NCBI GenBank assembly: GCA_019323235.1
Contig: JAHWHN010000014.1
Coordinates: 1-32,731 of the forward strand
DNA length: 32,731 bases
Direction: 5' to 3'
Source of the DNA: Candidatus Woesearchaeota archaeon
GTDB lineage: Archaea; Nanobdellota; Nanobdellia; Woesearchaeales; JABIAG01
The notes under the pieces: generated by a model
Databases searched by the model: none
What the model was told of the DNA's origin: nothing
Seen by the model: only the letters and a program-made list of their open reading frames with translations
Position numbers and translations under genes: made by a program
In this document: positions 1 to 8,533 of the stretch, in pieces
Numbering within the stretch: the stretch's first letter is position 1
How the letters are laid out: every line of letters starts with the position of its first letter

Positions 1-269
1 AAAATATCAACTGTTTTTAAAATCTCTTCCAACTCACCAACAGTTAAAAATAATTCATTTAAAGGTAAATCCTCGGTCAAAATATCAAGTCTCCCCATAT
101 CATTAAAGTTAATATAATCTATTCTTACAACCTCATTAGGAAGCAATTCATGACCACGAACAAGAATGGGAACTTTAACTCCCTCCATATTAACAATGAA
201 ATTAATATTTTTCAAATAAGAAATAACATAATTATCCAAAACACTTGGGGCATCATTAGAGACATACAT
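1..269 (-). CDS. hypothetical protein; C-terminus lies beyond the window edge
   Basis: Minus-strand ORF starts at ATG 269-267 (MYVSNDAPSVLDNYVISYLKNINFIVNMEGVKVPILVRGHELLPNE...) and is open to position 1. It is absent from the ORF track because no stop lies in the window. No motif recognised. Confidence 0.35.
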   Translation of the reverse strand, partial: MYVSNDAPSVLDNYVISYLKNINFIVNMEGVKVPILVRGHELLPNEVVRIDYINFNDMGRLDILTEDLPLNELFLTVGELEEILKTVDI

Positions 270-314
270 TAATTAATGTGATATCAATAGATTTATAAAG
301 ATTTTTGCTTGAAT

Positions 315-758
315 TTAAGAATTATTTTTAACTAATAAAAATCTAGATATCAAATCTACTTTTTCTTTTCTTCCTATACTTTCGTAAAAAAACTTTGCAT
401 ATTTTAAAGGTAAAATTGGTATTCTCAAATTATTCCAATTGAAAAATTCAGTTTTATCAAACATATTAAGTTCTCTATCCCCATAATAGTTAATTTCAAC
501 CTCAAAACCATTTATATCTAAAACTAAAGAATGACCTTTTATTTTTTCACTAAAGAAATCTTTAACAATATAATCTTTCAAAACCCTTCTGAATATTTCA
601 ATACCTTCCTCATTAGTCGTTATATCTAAATCCCTAATAGAAACATCCACGCCTTGAATTTTAAGGTTAGCACTTCCTTCCAATCTCCAAGTAAATTCTT
701 TATGTTCAAGATATTTCAAAATTATTTCTAAGACTTTTTTAACATCTTCTTCATTCAT
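315..758 (-). CDS. Pol-beta-superfamily (minimal) nucleotidyltransferase domain protein
   Basis: 147 aa with a GS-x12-DLD motif (LEGSANLKIQGVDVSIRDLDITT) typical of the nucleotidyltransferase fold. Its ATG overlaps the TGA of the upstream radical-SAM gene (ATGA at 755-758). Confidence 0.6.
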   Translation of the reverse strand: MNEEDVKKVLEIILKYLEHKEFTWRLEGSANLKIQGVDVSIRDLDITTNEEGIEIFRRVLKDYIVKDFFSEKIKGHSLVLDINGFEVEINYYGDRELNMFDKTEFFNWNNLRIPILPLKYAKFFYESIGRKEKVDLISRFLLVKNNS

Positions 759-1840
759 AAGAAATCAATCTCCAATTCAAATTGATCAGAAGTTGCATAC
801 TCTTGAACAATAGCAGGAGTTAAACCTTTATCTTTTAACAAATCAACATTTTTTTCAACTAATTTGATAGATGTTAATAACCTTTTTTTCTTTTCATCTA
901 TTTCTGTTTTGAAATTTAAACTATTCTTTAAATCTTCAAGTTCTTTTAAAGAAATCTTCTTAATTTTTTCTTTATAATTAAATTCTGGCTTTATTATATA
1001 AATGGCTCCTCTTGCGAAGATACCATCATCTAAATCAACATCATACCATTTCTTAATATTTTTCAATCTTAACTTCATTCTATTCTGAAGCTGAACAGAA
1101 TCTTTTAATTTTGCAGTACATAAATGACATCTTATTTTATTTTGTTTACACAAATCCAATAGTTTTAATCCTAATTCAAGACTTCCTTTTATCGCATAAC
1201 TCAATTCATCCTTAACGTGTAAATTTCTTCCTTCATAACAAACATTGTCAGAATATTCTAATTCATTAAAGTTAATAAAATCAACATAGTCTTTTACATG
1301 CAATATTAATTCTTTAGTTATTTTCTCGAAACCAGGTATTAATGGAATTTCCATACCTACATCCCATTTGAATTTTTTAAATAATTTTACTCTATCCCAA
1401 AACTGTTTATTTTCTAAATCGGGATGAAATCTAATCTCATCTAAACCAGCAGTATATAGTTTCTCCAAAACCTTCTCATTAACCAAAATTAAAGAAGTAT
1501 ACAAATGTGTATGAAATTTCTTTCCAAATTCTTTTTTTAATCTTGAAATAAAATCACAAGTTCTATCTAACCTAGCTAAAGGATCTCCCCCAGTTATTCC
1601 AACACCCTTAGAACTACATAATTTAATTTCTTCTATTATTTTAGAAAAATCATCAGTTTTTAATTCATTTATAAAAATAACATCCTTATCTTTCTTTTCT
1701 TCAGAGATTGGACAGTAAAAACAATGCCTTGGACAAATTCCAGTGGAGAATAAAACAGACTTTCTGCCTTTAACGCATAATTTACAGCCCTTACTTAATT
1801 TGCCAACATTATAAGAGTGAAATTTATTACTTTTGACCAT
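755..1840 (-). CDS. radical SAM protein (archaeal family related to pyruvate formate-lyase activase)
   Basis: Canonical CX3CX2C motif (GICPRHCFYCP) about 35 aa from the N-terminus. 361 aa. Ends in TGA. Confidence 0.8.
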   Translation of the reverse strand: MVKSNKFHSYNVGKLSKGCKLCVKGRKSVLFSTGICPRHCFYCPISEEKKDKDVIFINELKTDDFSKIIEEIKLCSSKGVGITGGDPLARLDRTCDFISRLKKEFGKKFHTHLYTSLILVNEKVLEKLYTAGLDEIRFHPDLENKQFWDRVKLFKKFKWDVGMEIPLIPGFEKITKELILHVKDYVDFINFNELEYSDNVCYEGRNLHVKDELSYAIKGSLELGLKLLDLCKQNKIRCHLCTAKLKDSVQLQNRMKLRLKNIKKWYDVDLDDGIFARGAIYIIKPEFNYKEKIKKISLKELEDLKNSLNFKTEIDEKKKRLLTSIKLVEKNVDLLKDKGLTPAIVQEYATSDQFELEIDFL

Positions 1841-1913
1841 TTAACTAAAAAATAAAAATTAGATTATAAATGTTATGAATACCTTTATAAAAATAATATA
1901 ATTTCTAAAAAAC

Positions 1914-2210
1914 ATGTCAAAAGAAGAATTAAGCTTATGCTCAATAATCAGTATAGAAGATGTGAAAAGAATGCAAATAAATCTTGAGAATTATATTCTA
2001 ACCAGAGAAATTAAAACCCCACTTATGACAGGACTTACTGGAAGAGGTGTTAATTTTAAATTACAAAAATATATCCAGAGAGAAGCAGATAAAAATAATG
2101 CTGATCTTGCTATTGTTAAATCACAAATTGACATATATGAATTATTATTCATAAATAGATCTTATCAAGTATCATTATATAAATTAAATAATCAATCTAA
2201 CCAACCATAA
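1914..2210 (+). CDS. hypothetical small protein
   Basis: 98-aa ORF. A TATA-like box (acctttataaaaa, 1881-1893) is centred about 26 nt upstream of the ATG, the same spacing seen at other first genes in the window. The 3' end overlaps the convergent sufC by 19 nt. No motif recognised. Confidence 0.4.
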   Translation: MSKEELSLCSIISIEDVKRMQINLENYILTREIKTPLMTGLTGRGVNFKLQKYIQREADKNNADLAIVKSQIDIYELLFINRSYQVSLYKLNNQSNQP

Positions 2211-2914
2211 CCTTCTTCTTCTAATCTATTTATAATTTCATCACCACCACTCATTGAAATTTTACCATTTTTTAAGATTAATACTTCATCTGGTTTCACT
2301 AATTCCAACATTTTCTTATAGTGCGTAATTACAATAATAATCTTATCCGGACTTTTAAAAGAATTTACTGAATTTGCAACAATCTTTATTGCATCTATAT
2401 CTAAACCAGAATCAGTCTCATCTAAAATAATCACTTCAGGATTTAATAATAACATCTGAAGCATTTCACACTTCTTCTTTTCCCCGCCAGACAGACCAAC
2501 ATTCAGTTGTCTTTTAACAAAATCTTCTTCCAAACCTAACTTTGATAAAGCATCTTTTAATTTATCATCAAAATCTGGTACTGAAATTGGTTTTTCTCTT
2601 CTTGCATTAACTATTGATCTTAAGTAAGAGGATATTTTTAATCCCTCAATCACTTCTGGGTACTGGAATGATAAAAATAGACCTTCTTTTGATCTATCTT
2701 CAGGTTTTAAGTCTAGTAAATTTTTACCATTTAAAATAACACTTCCTTTAACATCAAATTTTGGATTGCCCATTAAACTATTTGCAAAAGTACTTTTACC
2801 TGAACCATTTTGACCCATTATGGCATAAACTTTACCTTTCTCGAATTTATATGAAAACCCCTCTAATATTTTTTTGCCTTCTATTTCTGAATTTAAATCT
2901 TTAATTTCTAACAT
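2192..2914 (-). CDS. sufC: Fe-S cluster assembly ATPase SufC
   Basis: Walker A GQNGSGKST, ABC signature LSGGEKKK, Walker B IILDETDSGLD, and a C-terminal GYGWL as in SufC. Last gene of the suf operon. Confidence 0.95.
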   Translation of the reverse strand: MLEIKDLNSEIEGKKILEGFSYKFEKGKVYAIMGQNGSGKSTFANSLMGNPKFDVKGSVILNGKNLLDLKPEDRSKEGLFLSFQYPEVIEGLKISSYLRSIVNARREKPISVPDFDDKLKDALSKLGLEEDFVKRQLNVGLSGGEKKKCEMLQMLLLNPEVIILDETDSGLDIDAIKIVANSVNSFKSPDKIIIVITHYKKMLELVKPDEVLILKNGKISMSGGDEIINRLEEEGYGWLD

Positions 2915-3288
2915 TTTTCCTCCTCGTTATTTAACATTTCGTGTAAAGTATCCCAAACAAGTATTGCGCATTTAATTCTTGTTGGAGATATATCAATATG
3001 TAATTCATCAATTGTATCTTGAGAGGTTATTTTTTTAACCTTATTAACTTGCATCCCTATTATTTTATTTGTTAGTAGAGACGAAGAGGCCATATGAATA
3101 GCACACCCACTCCCTTCAAACTTAGCATCTTTAACTATTCCATTATCTACAAATAATTGCAAAGTTATTTTATCTCCACAACTAATGTTATGACCAGACT
3201 TAACATAGTTAGCATTCTTCAAAATCCCAAAGTTCAATGGATTTGAATATAATTCAACAATATAATCTTTATACATGTCTGAATTCAT
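2908..3288 (-). CDS. sufU: Fe-S scaffold protein, SufU/IscU (NifU N-terminal) family
   Basis: Three conserved cluster or persulfide cysteines in the expected contexts (SCGDKI, GSGCAI, IKCAIL). Overlaps both sufS and sufC. Confidence 0.85.
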   Translation of the reverse strand: MNSDMYKDYIVELYSNPLNFGILKNANYVKSGHNISCGDKITLQLFVDNGIVKDAKFEGSGCAIHMASSSLLTNKIIGMQVNKVKKITSQDTIDELHIDISPTRIKCAILVWDTLHEMLNNEEEKC

Positions 3289-4478
3289 TTGAAAACCCTC
3301 TTTGCTTTCTTTAATTGTTTAATTAAAATATTAATATCTTCCTCATTATTATAAATCCAAAAACTAATTCTAACGGTTGCATCTAACTTTAATTTATGAT
3401 GTAATAATTGAGAACAATGATGTCCAGCCCTCACACAAACCTTACCATCATTCAAGAAACTAGCAACATCATGAGGATGAATTCTGTTTATTGTGAAAGA
3501 AATAATGCTTGTTGGTTCTTTTGATGTGAATAGATTAATACCTTCAATTTTTTGAAGTTCTTTTATTGTGTAATTATATAATTTTTCTTCATGCTTTCTT
3601 ATTGAATCAAAACCAATCCTTTTAATGTATTTTAAAGCTCTTGCGAAACCAATAACTCCTGATACATTTTGAGTACCAGCCTCGAATTTATAAGGAATAT
3701 TTCTATATGTTGAACTATCATAATTAACTTCATCAACCATTCCTCCACCAACTCTTAATGAAGGAATTAATTTTTGAATTTCTTCTTTTATATATAACAT
3801 ACCAATACCAAAAGGTCCTAGTGCTTTATGAGCAGAACATACAAAAAAATCACAACCGATTTTATTTAAATCTATATTTCTATGTAAAACAGATTGGGCA
3901 CCATCTATTAAAGACAAAGTACCCTTCTTTTTTGCTAATTTACATAATTTAACAACATCATTCTCAACCCCAGTTACGTTAGAAATATGAGTAAAGGAAA
4001 CTAAAGCTGTTTTCTCATTAATTAATTCTTTTGCAACATCATAATCTAAAGTTAAATCATCTTTGACTGGTATAAATTTTAATTTAAAACCCTCATTTTT
4101 TAATTTTTGCCAAGGTAATAAATTAGAGTTATGTTCCATTTCCGTTAAAACAATTTCATTTTTGGATGATTTTTGATTAATTAATATATCTTTCAAAACA
4201 GAAGAGATTAAATTAATACCATCAGTAGTTCCAGATGTAAAAATTATTTCATTTGCTAATACTCTAAAGTGAGAAGCAATATAACTTCTTGCATTTTCAA
4301 ATTTAGTTGTGGCATAATATCCCAAATCATAATTTGATCGATGAACATTTGAATTGTATTTTTTATAAAAACTAACAATTTCTTCAATAACACAATCTGG
4401 TTTTTGAGAAGTTGATGCATTATCTAAATAATGAACTTTTTTCAATATTTCAAAATCATTTTTAACATCAAATTTCAT
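3285..4478 (-). CDS. sufS: cysteine desulfurase SufS (class V aminotransferase, group II)
   Basis: PLP-lysine motif SAHKALGP and active-site loop RAGHHCSQ. 397 aa. Confidence 0.95.
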   Translation of the reverse strand: MKFDVKNDFEILKKVHYLDNASTSQKPDCVIEEIVSFYKKYNSNVHRSNYDLGYYATTKFENARSYIASHFRVLANEIIFTSGTTDGINLISSVLKDILINQKSSKNEIVLTEMEHNSNLLPWQKLKNEGFKLKFIPVKDDLTLDYDVAKELINEKTALVSFTHISNVTGVENDVVKLCKLAKKKGTLSLIDGAQSVLHRNIDLNKIGCDFFVCSAHKALGPFGIGMLYIKEEIQKLIPSLRVGGGMVDEVNYDSSTYRNIPYKFEAGTQNVSGVIGFARALKYIKRIGFDSIRKHEEKLYNYTIKELQKIEGINLFTSKEPTSIISFTINRIHPHDVASFLNDGKVCVRAGHHCSQLLHHKLKLDATVRISFWIYNNEEDINILIKQLKKAKRVFK

Positions 4479-5550
4479 GTTTACCCTCCATAAAATTTAA
4501 ACTGATTTTTCCAAGAACATCTTCTCTAATTGATTCTGGTAAAGAATTAATTTCATTTCTAATGAATGAATCAACAATTAAGTTTTTAGAATCCTCTTTG
4601 CTCAAACCTCTTGATTGTAAATAAAATAATTTATCTTCATCAACTAATTCAATAGTTGCTCTATGTGAACAAGAAATGTTTGGATTGTTTATTTCTAAAA
4701 AAGGCATCATGTCAGATTCACAATTTTCAGACAAATTAAGAAAGTCTATGGATTCATATGCAGAACCTTCTTTAGCATCTTTTGATATATTTATATTTGA
4801 TCTAGAAATTATTTTTGCTGAATCGTCACAAATACCTTTGATTTTGACATCAGAATTATTATTTTTATTTTCTTGGTTGATTTTAATATCTAAAAATTTT
4901 TGAGATACTTCTTTTGATAAAATTAAAGAAGAAATTTTAACATTTGAAGAATTTTGAAAGCATTTTATTTTTGAATAATTAAAACCAGAACCCATAAAAA
5001 CTCTTTTTATGTCCAAAATTGAATTTTTATTTACTTTAAATGTATTATAACTAAATGAATTTGAATTTGAATTAACATCATCAACAAAAATTAATTTAAC
5101 ATTAGCTCCTTCATTAACTAAAACTCTCAATGTATCTTGAAAATATTTACTTACTCCAGATTTTTTAATAATTATCTCACCAGAATAATTATTTTTACAA
5201 TTAATAATAATTATTTCACTATTTGCTTTTAATGAATCCTCTGAGAATAAATCTAATTTTAAGTTATCATTACCTTCTAATTCAAAATAATTTAAATTTC
5301 CAAAAGACAATCCTTCAATATAAGAATTTGATATTTCATCATTCCAAGTATTGTCTAAGAATTTTGAATCTATTTTGTCTAGATTTTTTTGGGTTTTTTT
5401 ACCTTCTGAAATTTTAATAATTGAATTTCCTTCAAAATCCAAATTAGATAGGTTTGGTAGTTTTAAAGTGGAACCAATTCCAATTTTACTCTGAATTTCT
5501 TTTGAATCTTTTTTCAATAATTCTATGTTATCTTTTAATTTAGAAATCAT
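4468..5550 (-). CDS. sufD: Fe-S cluster assembly protein SufD
   Basis: 360 aa. C-terminal beta-helix region is SufB/D-like (CSHRATIE...LFYLQSRGLSKEDSKNLIV). Positioned between sufB and sufS, with an ATGA overlap to the sufB stop. Confidence 0.8.
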   Translation of the reverse strand: MISKLKDNIELLKKDSKEIQSKIGIGSTLKLPNLSNLDFEGNSIIKISEGKKTQKNLDKIDSKFLDNTWNDEISNSYIEGLSFGNLNYFELEGNDNLKLDLFSEDSLKANSEIIIINCKNNYSGEIIIKKSGVSKYFQDTLRVLVNEGANVKLIFVDDVNSNSNSFSYNTFKVNKNSILDIKRVFMGSGFNYSKIKCFQNSSNVKISSLILSKEVSQKFLDIKINQENKNNNSDVKIKGICDDSAKIISRSNINISKDAKEGSAYESIDFLNLSENCESDMMPFLEINNPNISCSHRATIELVDEDKLFYLQSRGLSKEDSKNLIVDSFIRNEINSLPESIREDVLGKISLNFMEGKHEI

Positions 5551-6176
5551 CCCAGACTACCCTCCATTTCTAATTTAATCAATCTGTTTAATTCAACTGC
5601 ATATTCCAAAGGTAATTCTTTTACAATTGGTTCTATAAATCCGGAAACAACTAATTGTGTTGCTTCCTCTTCACTCAAACCTCTTGATTTTAAATAAAAT
5701 AATTTTTCTTCACTAATCTTACCAACTTTAGCTTCATGAACAACCTGACTCATATTACCTTTAATATCCATATAAGGATAAGTGTTTGAAGTTCCCTCTC
5801 CAAACATTAAAGTATCACAATTTACAGAACATTTTGCACCTTTAGCTTCTTTTGATACAGATAATAAACCTCTATATGCAGTAATGCCTCCATCTTTAGA
5901 AAGAGACTTAGCTACAATTGTTGAAGAAGTATTTTTCCCAATATGATGAACTTTACACCCAGTATCTTGCCATTGTCCAGGACCAGCAAAAGCCACCCCC
6001 AAATAATGTGATTGAGAATTATTACCAATTAAAACAGATGTCGGATATAACATAGTTCTATCACTACCTAAATTTCCATTTACCCATTCCATTACAGAAT
6101 TTTCATGAACTAATGCTCGTTTTGTATTCAAATTAAAAGTATTTTTACTCCAATTTTCAATGCTAGAATATCTCAT
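5547..6176 (-). CDS. sufB: SufB, C-terminal part (downstream of the in-frame TGA)
   Basis: RYSSIENWSKNTFNLNTKRALV...LFYLKSRGLSEEEA...EMEGSLG* matches the SufB C-terminal half and the natural SufB C-terminus (EGSxG). In frame with the 6219-6926 ORF, 14 sense codons after its TGA. Confidence 0.85.
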   Translation of the reverse strand: MRYSSIENWSKNTFNLNTKRALVHENSVMEWVNGNLGSDRTMLYPTSVLIGNNSQSHYLGVAFAGPGQWQDTGCKVHHIGKNTSSTIVAKSLSKDGGITAYRGLLSVSKEAKGAKCSVNCDTLMFGEGTSNTYPYMDIKGNMSQVVHEAKVGKISEEKLFYLKSRGLSEEEATQLVVSGFIEPIVKELPLEYAVELNRLIKLEMEGSLG

Positions 6177-6218
6177 TCTTGCATTTTTATGAACATGTAT
6201 TTCTACACAACCAGCATG

Positions 6219-6926
6219 TCAAGAATTTGCATCATATCTTGGTGCTGCACATCCTTCAATATAATGACACTCAGCTCCTTCGTCGACAATAATTAAAGTA
6301 TGTTCAAATTGTCCACCTTTTTCAGCATTCATTCTGAAATAAGCTTGTAAAGGAATTTCTAATTTAACTCCTTTTGGGACATAAATAAAAGTTCCACCAC
6401 TCCAAACAGCAGCATGTAAAGCTGCAAATTTATGTAAATAAGGACTTACACAAGTAGTCATAAAATATTTCTTAAATAATTCTGGATGTGTTTTTAATGC
6501 TTCATCACAATCTAAGAAAACTACTCCTTTGTCTGCCCATTTTTTCTTTAAATTATGATAAACTACTTCCGATTCATATTGAGCCCCTACACCCGCTAAA
6601 GCTTTCCTCTCAGCTTTAGGAATTCCTAACTTTTCATAAGTATCTCTTATCTCATCTGGTACTTCTTCCCAAGATGTTTGATTTTTTTTAGCATTTGGAG
6701 ACATGAAATAATACAAATCTTCTAAATTTAACTTATCCAAACTTGGACCCCAGTCTGGCATTTTCATAGAATTAAATATCTTTAAAGCCTCTAATCTTTT
6801 ATTTAACATCCATTCTGGTTCATTCTTATGTTTAGAGATTAATCTAACAATTTCTTCGCTTAAACCCAATTCGGATTTAAACTTCAAATCTTCCTTATTT
6901 TTGTTGTCATAAATCTCTCTATTCAT
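6219..6926 (-). CDS. sufB: SufB, N-terminal part (ends at an internal TGA)
   Basis: N-terminal SufB region ending ...[27 protein letters not shown] prefer the ATG at 6926 (MNREIYD) with GGTGG 8 nt upstream; the track's start at 6941 is GTG. Confidence 0.85.
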   Translation of the reverse strand: MNREIYDNKNKEDLKFKSELGLSEEIVRLISKHKNEPEWMLNKRLEALKIFNSMKMPDWGPSLDKLNLEDLYYFMSPNAKKNQTSWEEVPDEIRDTYEKLGIPKAERKALAGVGAQYESEVVYHNLKKKWADKGVVFLDCDEALKTHPELFKKYFMTTCVSPYLHKFAALHAAVWSGGTFIYVPKGVKLEIPLQAYFRMNAEKGGQFEHTLIIVDEGAECHYIEGCAAPRYDANS

Positions 6927-6952
6927 TTTCAAAACCACCACATTATAAAAAA

Positions 6953-6968
6953 CTTAACAATTGTTAAG
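6953..6968. promoter_or_regulatory. perfect 16-bp palindrome CTTAACAATTGTTAAG; candidate operator between suf and the divergent regulator
   Basis: Read directly from the sequence. It lies about 26 nt downstream (minus strand) of the TATA-like ATTTATAAAT at 6981-6990, which is where the suf transcription start is expected. Confidence 0.5.
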
Positions 6969-6980
6969 ATTTTCAAAATC

Positions 6981-6990
6981 ATTTATAAAT
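6981..6990 (-). promoter_or_regulatory. TATA-like box for the suf operon
   Basis: atttataaat, about 55-60 nt upstream of the sufB ATG. This would give a short leader carrying GGTGG. Confidence 0.35.
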
Positions 6991-7013
6991 CTTATCCTAA
7001 AAAAAGGAAAATT

Positions 7014-7025
7014 CTTATATATAAG
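7014..7025 (+). promoter_or_regulatory. TATA-like box for the HTH regulator gene (leaderless spacing)
   Basis: cttatatataag, centred about 26 nt upstream of the ATG at 7045. Confidence 0.4.
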
Positions 7026-7044
7026 TAAAGATTTGTTAGTATTT

Positions 7045-7419
7045 ATGACTAATTTACTTCCTCAGGATATGCAAGTAAGATATTTATTTCCTCTACTTAG
7101 AAAAGAGACTGCTAAACAATTACAAAAGAAAGGTTTAAAGCAAAAAGACATTTCTTCAATAATGGGATTAACTGAGGGTGCTGTTTCACAATACCTTAAA
7201 GATAAAAGAGGGACTGAATTAAAACTTTCAGAAGATGAAATAACTATAATTGAAAAGTCCATTAAAAAACTCATAGATAAAAAAATAGATTTCTCTGAAT
7301 GGCTATTTAATGTTTCTAAGAAAATTGGAGTGCCTTCACAACTTTGTAAAATTCATAGGTCTATTGAAAAAGTACCTGCTAAATGCAAATTATGTGAGAA
7401 ACTTTACACTAGAACATAA
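7045..7419 (+). CDS. HTH transcriptional regulator with a C-terminal Cys/His motif
   Basis: Helix-turn-helix segment KQKDISSIMGLTEGAVSQYLKDKRG. C-terminal CKIH-x10-C-x2-C. Start moved from the track's TTG (6961) to the ATG at 7045, based on TATA spacing. Confidence 0.65.
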   Translation: MTNLLPQDMQVRYLFPLLRKETAKQLQKKGLKQKDISSIMGLTEGAVSQYLKDKRGTELKLSEDEITIIEKSIKKLIDKKIDFSEWLFNVSKKIGVPSQLCKIHRSIEKVPAKCKLCEKLYTRT

Positions 7420-7445
7420 AAATTGTGATTATTACAAAAATACAA

Positions 7446-8216
7446 TTACTTACTAAACAATCTTTGATAATTCATAAAGATGTTATTAGCAACTTCTTCT
7501 TTATCAAAACCTTTAATTTCAGCAATTTTCTCAACTGCCAATATAACACTTGATGGATCATTGACTTCATCTTTATTTGGAGATAAATAAGGAGAGTCCG
7601 TTTCTGTCAATAATTGATTTATATTTACTTCTTTAACTAATGCTTGAAAATGTTCACTTCTAATAACATTAGCAGGAATTGAAAAAGAATATTTTAAATC
7701 AGATGCTCTCTTAATTAAATTCTTTTTGCCAGAAAAACAATGTAAAATTACTTTTTTTGCATTACATTCTTCCAAAACATCTAATACTTCTTTCTCAGCC
7801 TTTCTTGAATGTACAATTAAAGGAATTTCTAATTCCTTAGCCAAATTTATCATTTTCTTAAACACAACAATTTGGGATTCTCTTTCAGAATTTTCATCCA
7901 AAAAATCCAATCCAACTTCGCCAATTGCAACAACACTATCTTTATTTTTTTTAATGAAATCTATTTCTTCATCAACTTTAGATACAACATCACAACCAGT
8001 CTCTCTACACAAAGCATCAGGAGGGTAAATTCCTAAAGAACATTTAATAATTTCATACTTTTTTGATAATTCTAAAGCCTTCCTATTAGATTCTGGGTCC
8101 AAACCAGCTGTAATAACTATTTTAACATCATTTTTCTTACATTTATTGATTACTTCATCCAAATTATTCTCATATTCTTTCAAATCTAAATGGCTATGAA
8201 CATCTACAAATATCAT
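7446..8216 (-). CDS. tatD: TatD-family metal-dependent hydrolase/DNase
   Basis: N-terminal FVDVHSHLD metal-binding motif, 256 aa, TIM-barrel hydrolase pattern (ETDSPYL near the C-terminus). Confidence 0.9.
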   Translation of the reverse strand: MIFVDVHSHLDLKEYENNLDEVINKCKKNDVKIVITAGLDPESNRKALELSKKYEIIKCSLGIYPPDALCRETGCDVVSKVDEEIDFIKKNKDSVVAIGEVGLDFLDENSERESQIVVFKKMINLAKELEIPLIVHSRKAEKEVLDVLEECNAKKVILHCFSGKKNLIKRASDLKYSFSIPANVIRSEHFQALVKEVNINQLLTETDSPYLSPNKDEVNDPSSVILAVEKIAEIKGFDKEEVANNIFMNYQRLFSK

Positions 8217-8290
8217 ATTACAAATAAAAACACTATTTATTTAAAAATGTTTCATAAACGTGGTTTTTCTTTAAAAAACATGAAGAAGAA

Positions 8291-8318
8291 TAAAAACCTT
8301 TAAAAACCAAGGTTTTTA
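8291..8318 (+). promoter_or_regulatory. AAAAACCTTTAAAA promoter-like motif embedded in a 10-bp inverted repeat
   Basis: taaaaacctt (8291-8300) pairs with aaggttttta (8309-8318). The same AAAAACCTTT(T)A(T/A)AA word recurs upstream of tRNA-Val (17536-17550) and of the ORF at 19498 (19461-19475). Confidence 0.35.
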
Positions 8319-8354
8319 CCTAAATTATATCAAATTTATAATAAGGAGAGTAAA

Positions 8355-8531
8355 ATGGCAAAACACAATAGCAAATTCATGAAAATTAGATGTACTGAAT
8401 GTAATAACGAACAAGTAATGTTTGAAAAATCTTCATCAAATATTAACTGTTTAGTTTGTAACAAACCTTTAGCTACTTCAAAAGGTGGTAAAAGTGAAAT
8501 TACAGGAAGAGTATTAGAGGTTTTAGAATAA
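8355..8531 (+). CDS. rps27e: 30S ribosomal protein eS27
   Basis: 58-aa ORF, below the track cutoff: MAKHNSKFMKIRCTECNNEQVMFEKSSSNINCLVCNKPLATSKGGKSEITGRVLEVLE. It has a C4 zinc ribbon (CxxC...CxxC), an AAGGAG Shine-Dalgarno sequence at 8343-8348, and the conserved position upstream of aIF2-alpha. Confidence 0.9.
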   Translation: MAKHNSKFMKIRCTECNNEQVMFEKSSSNINCLVCNKPLATSKGGKSEITGRVLEVLE

Positions 8532-8533
8532 AG

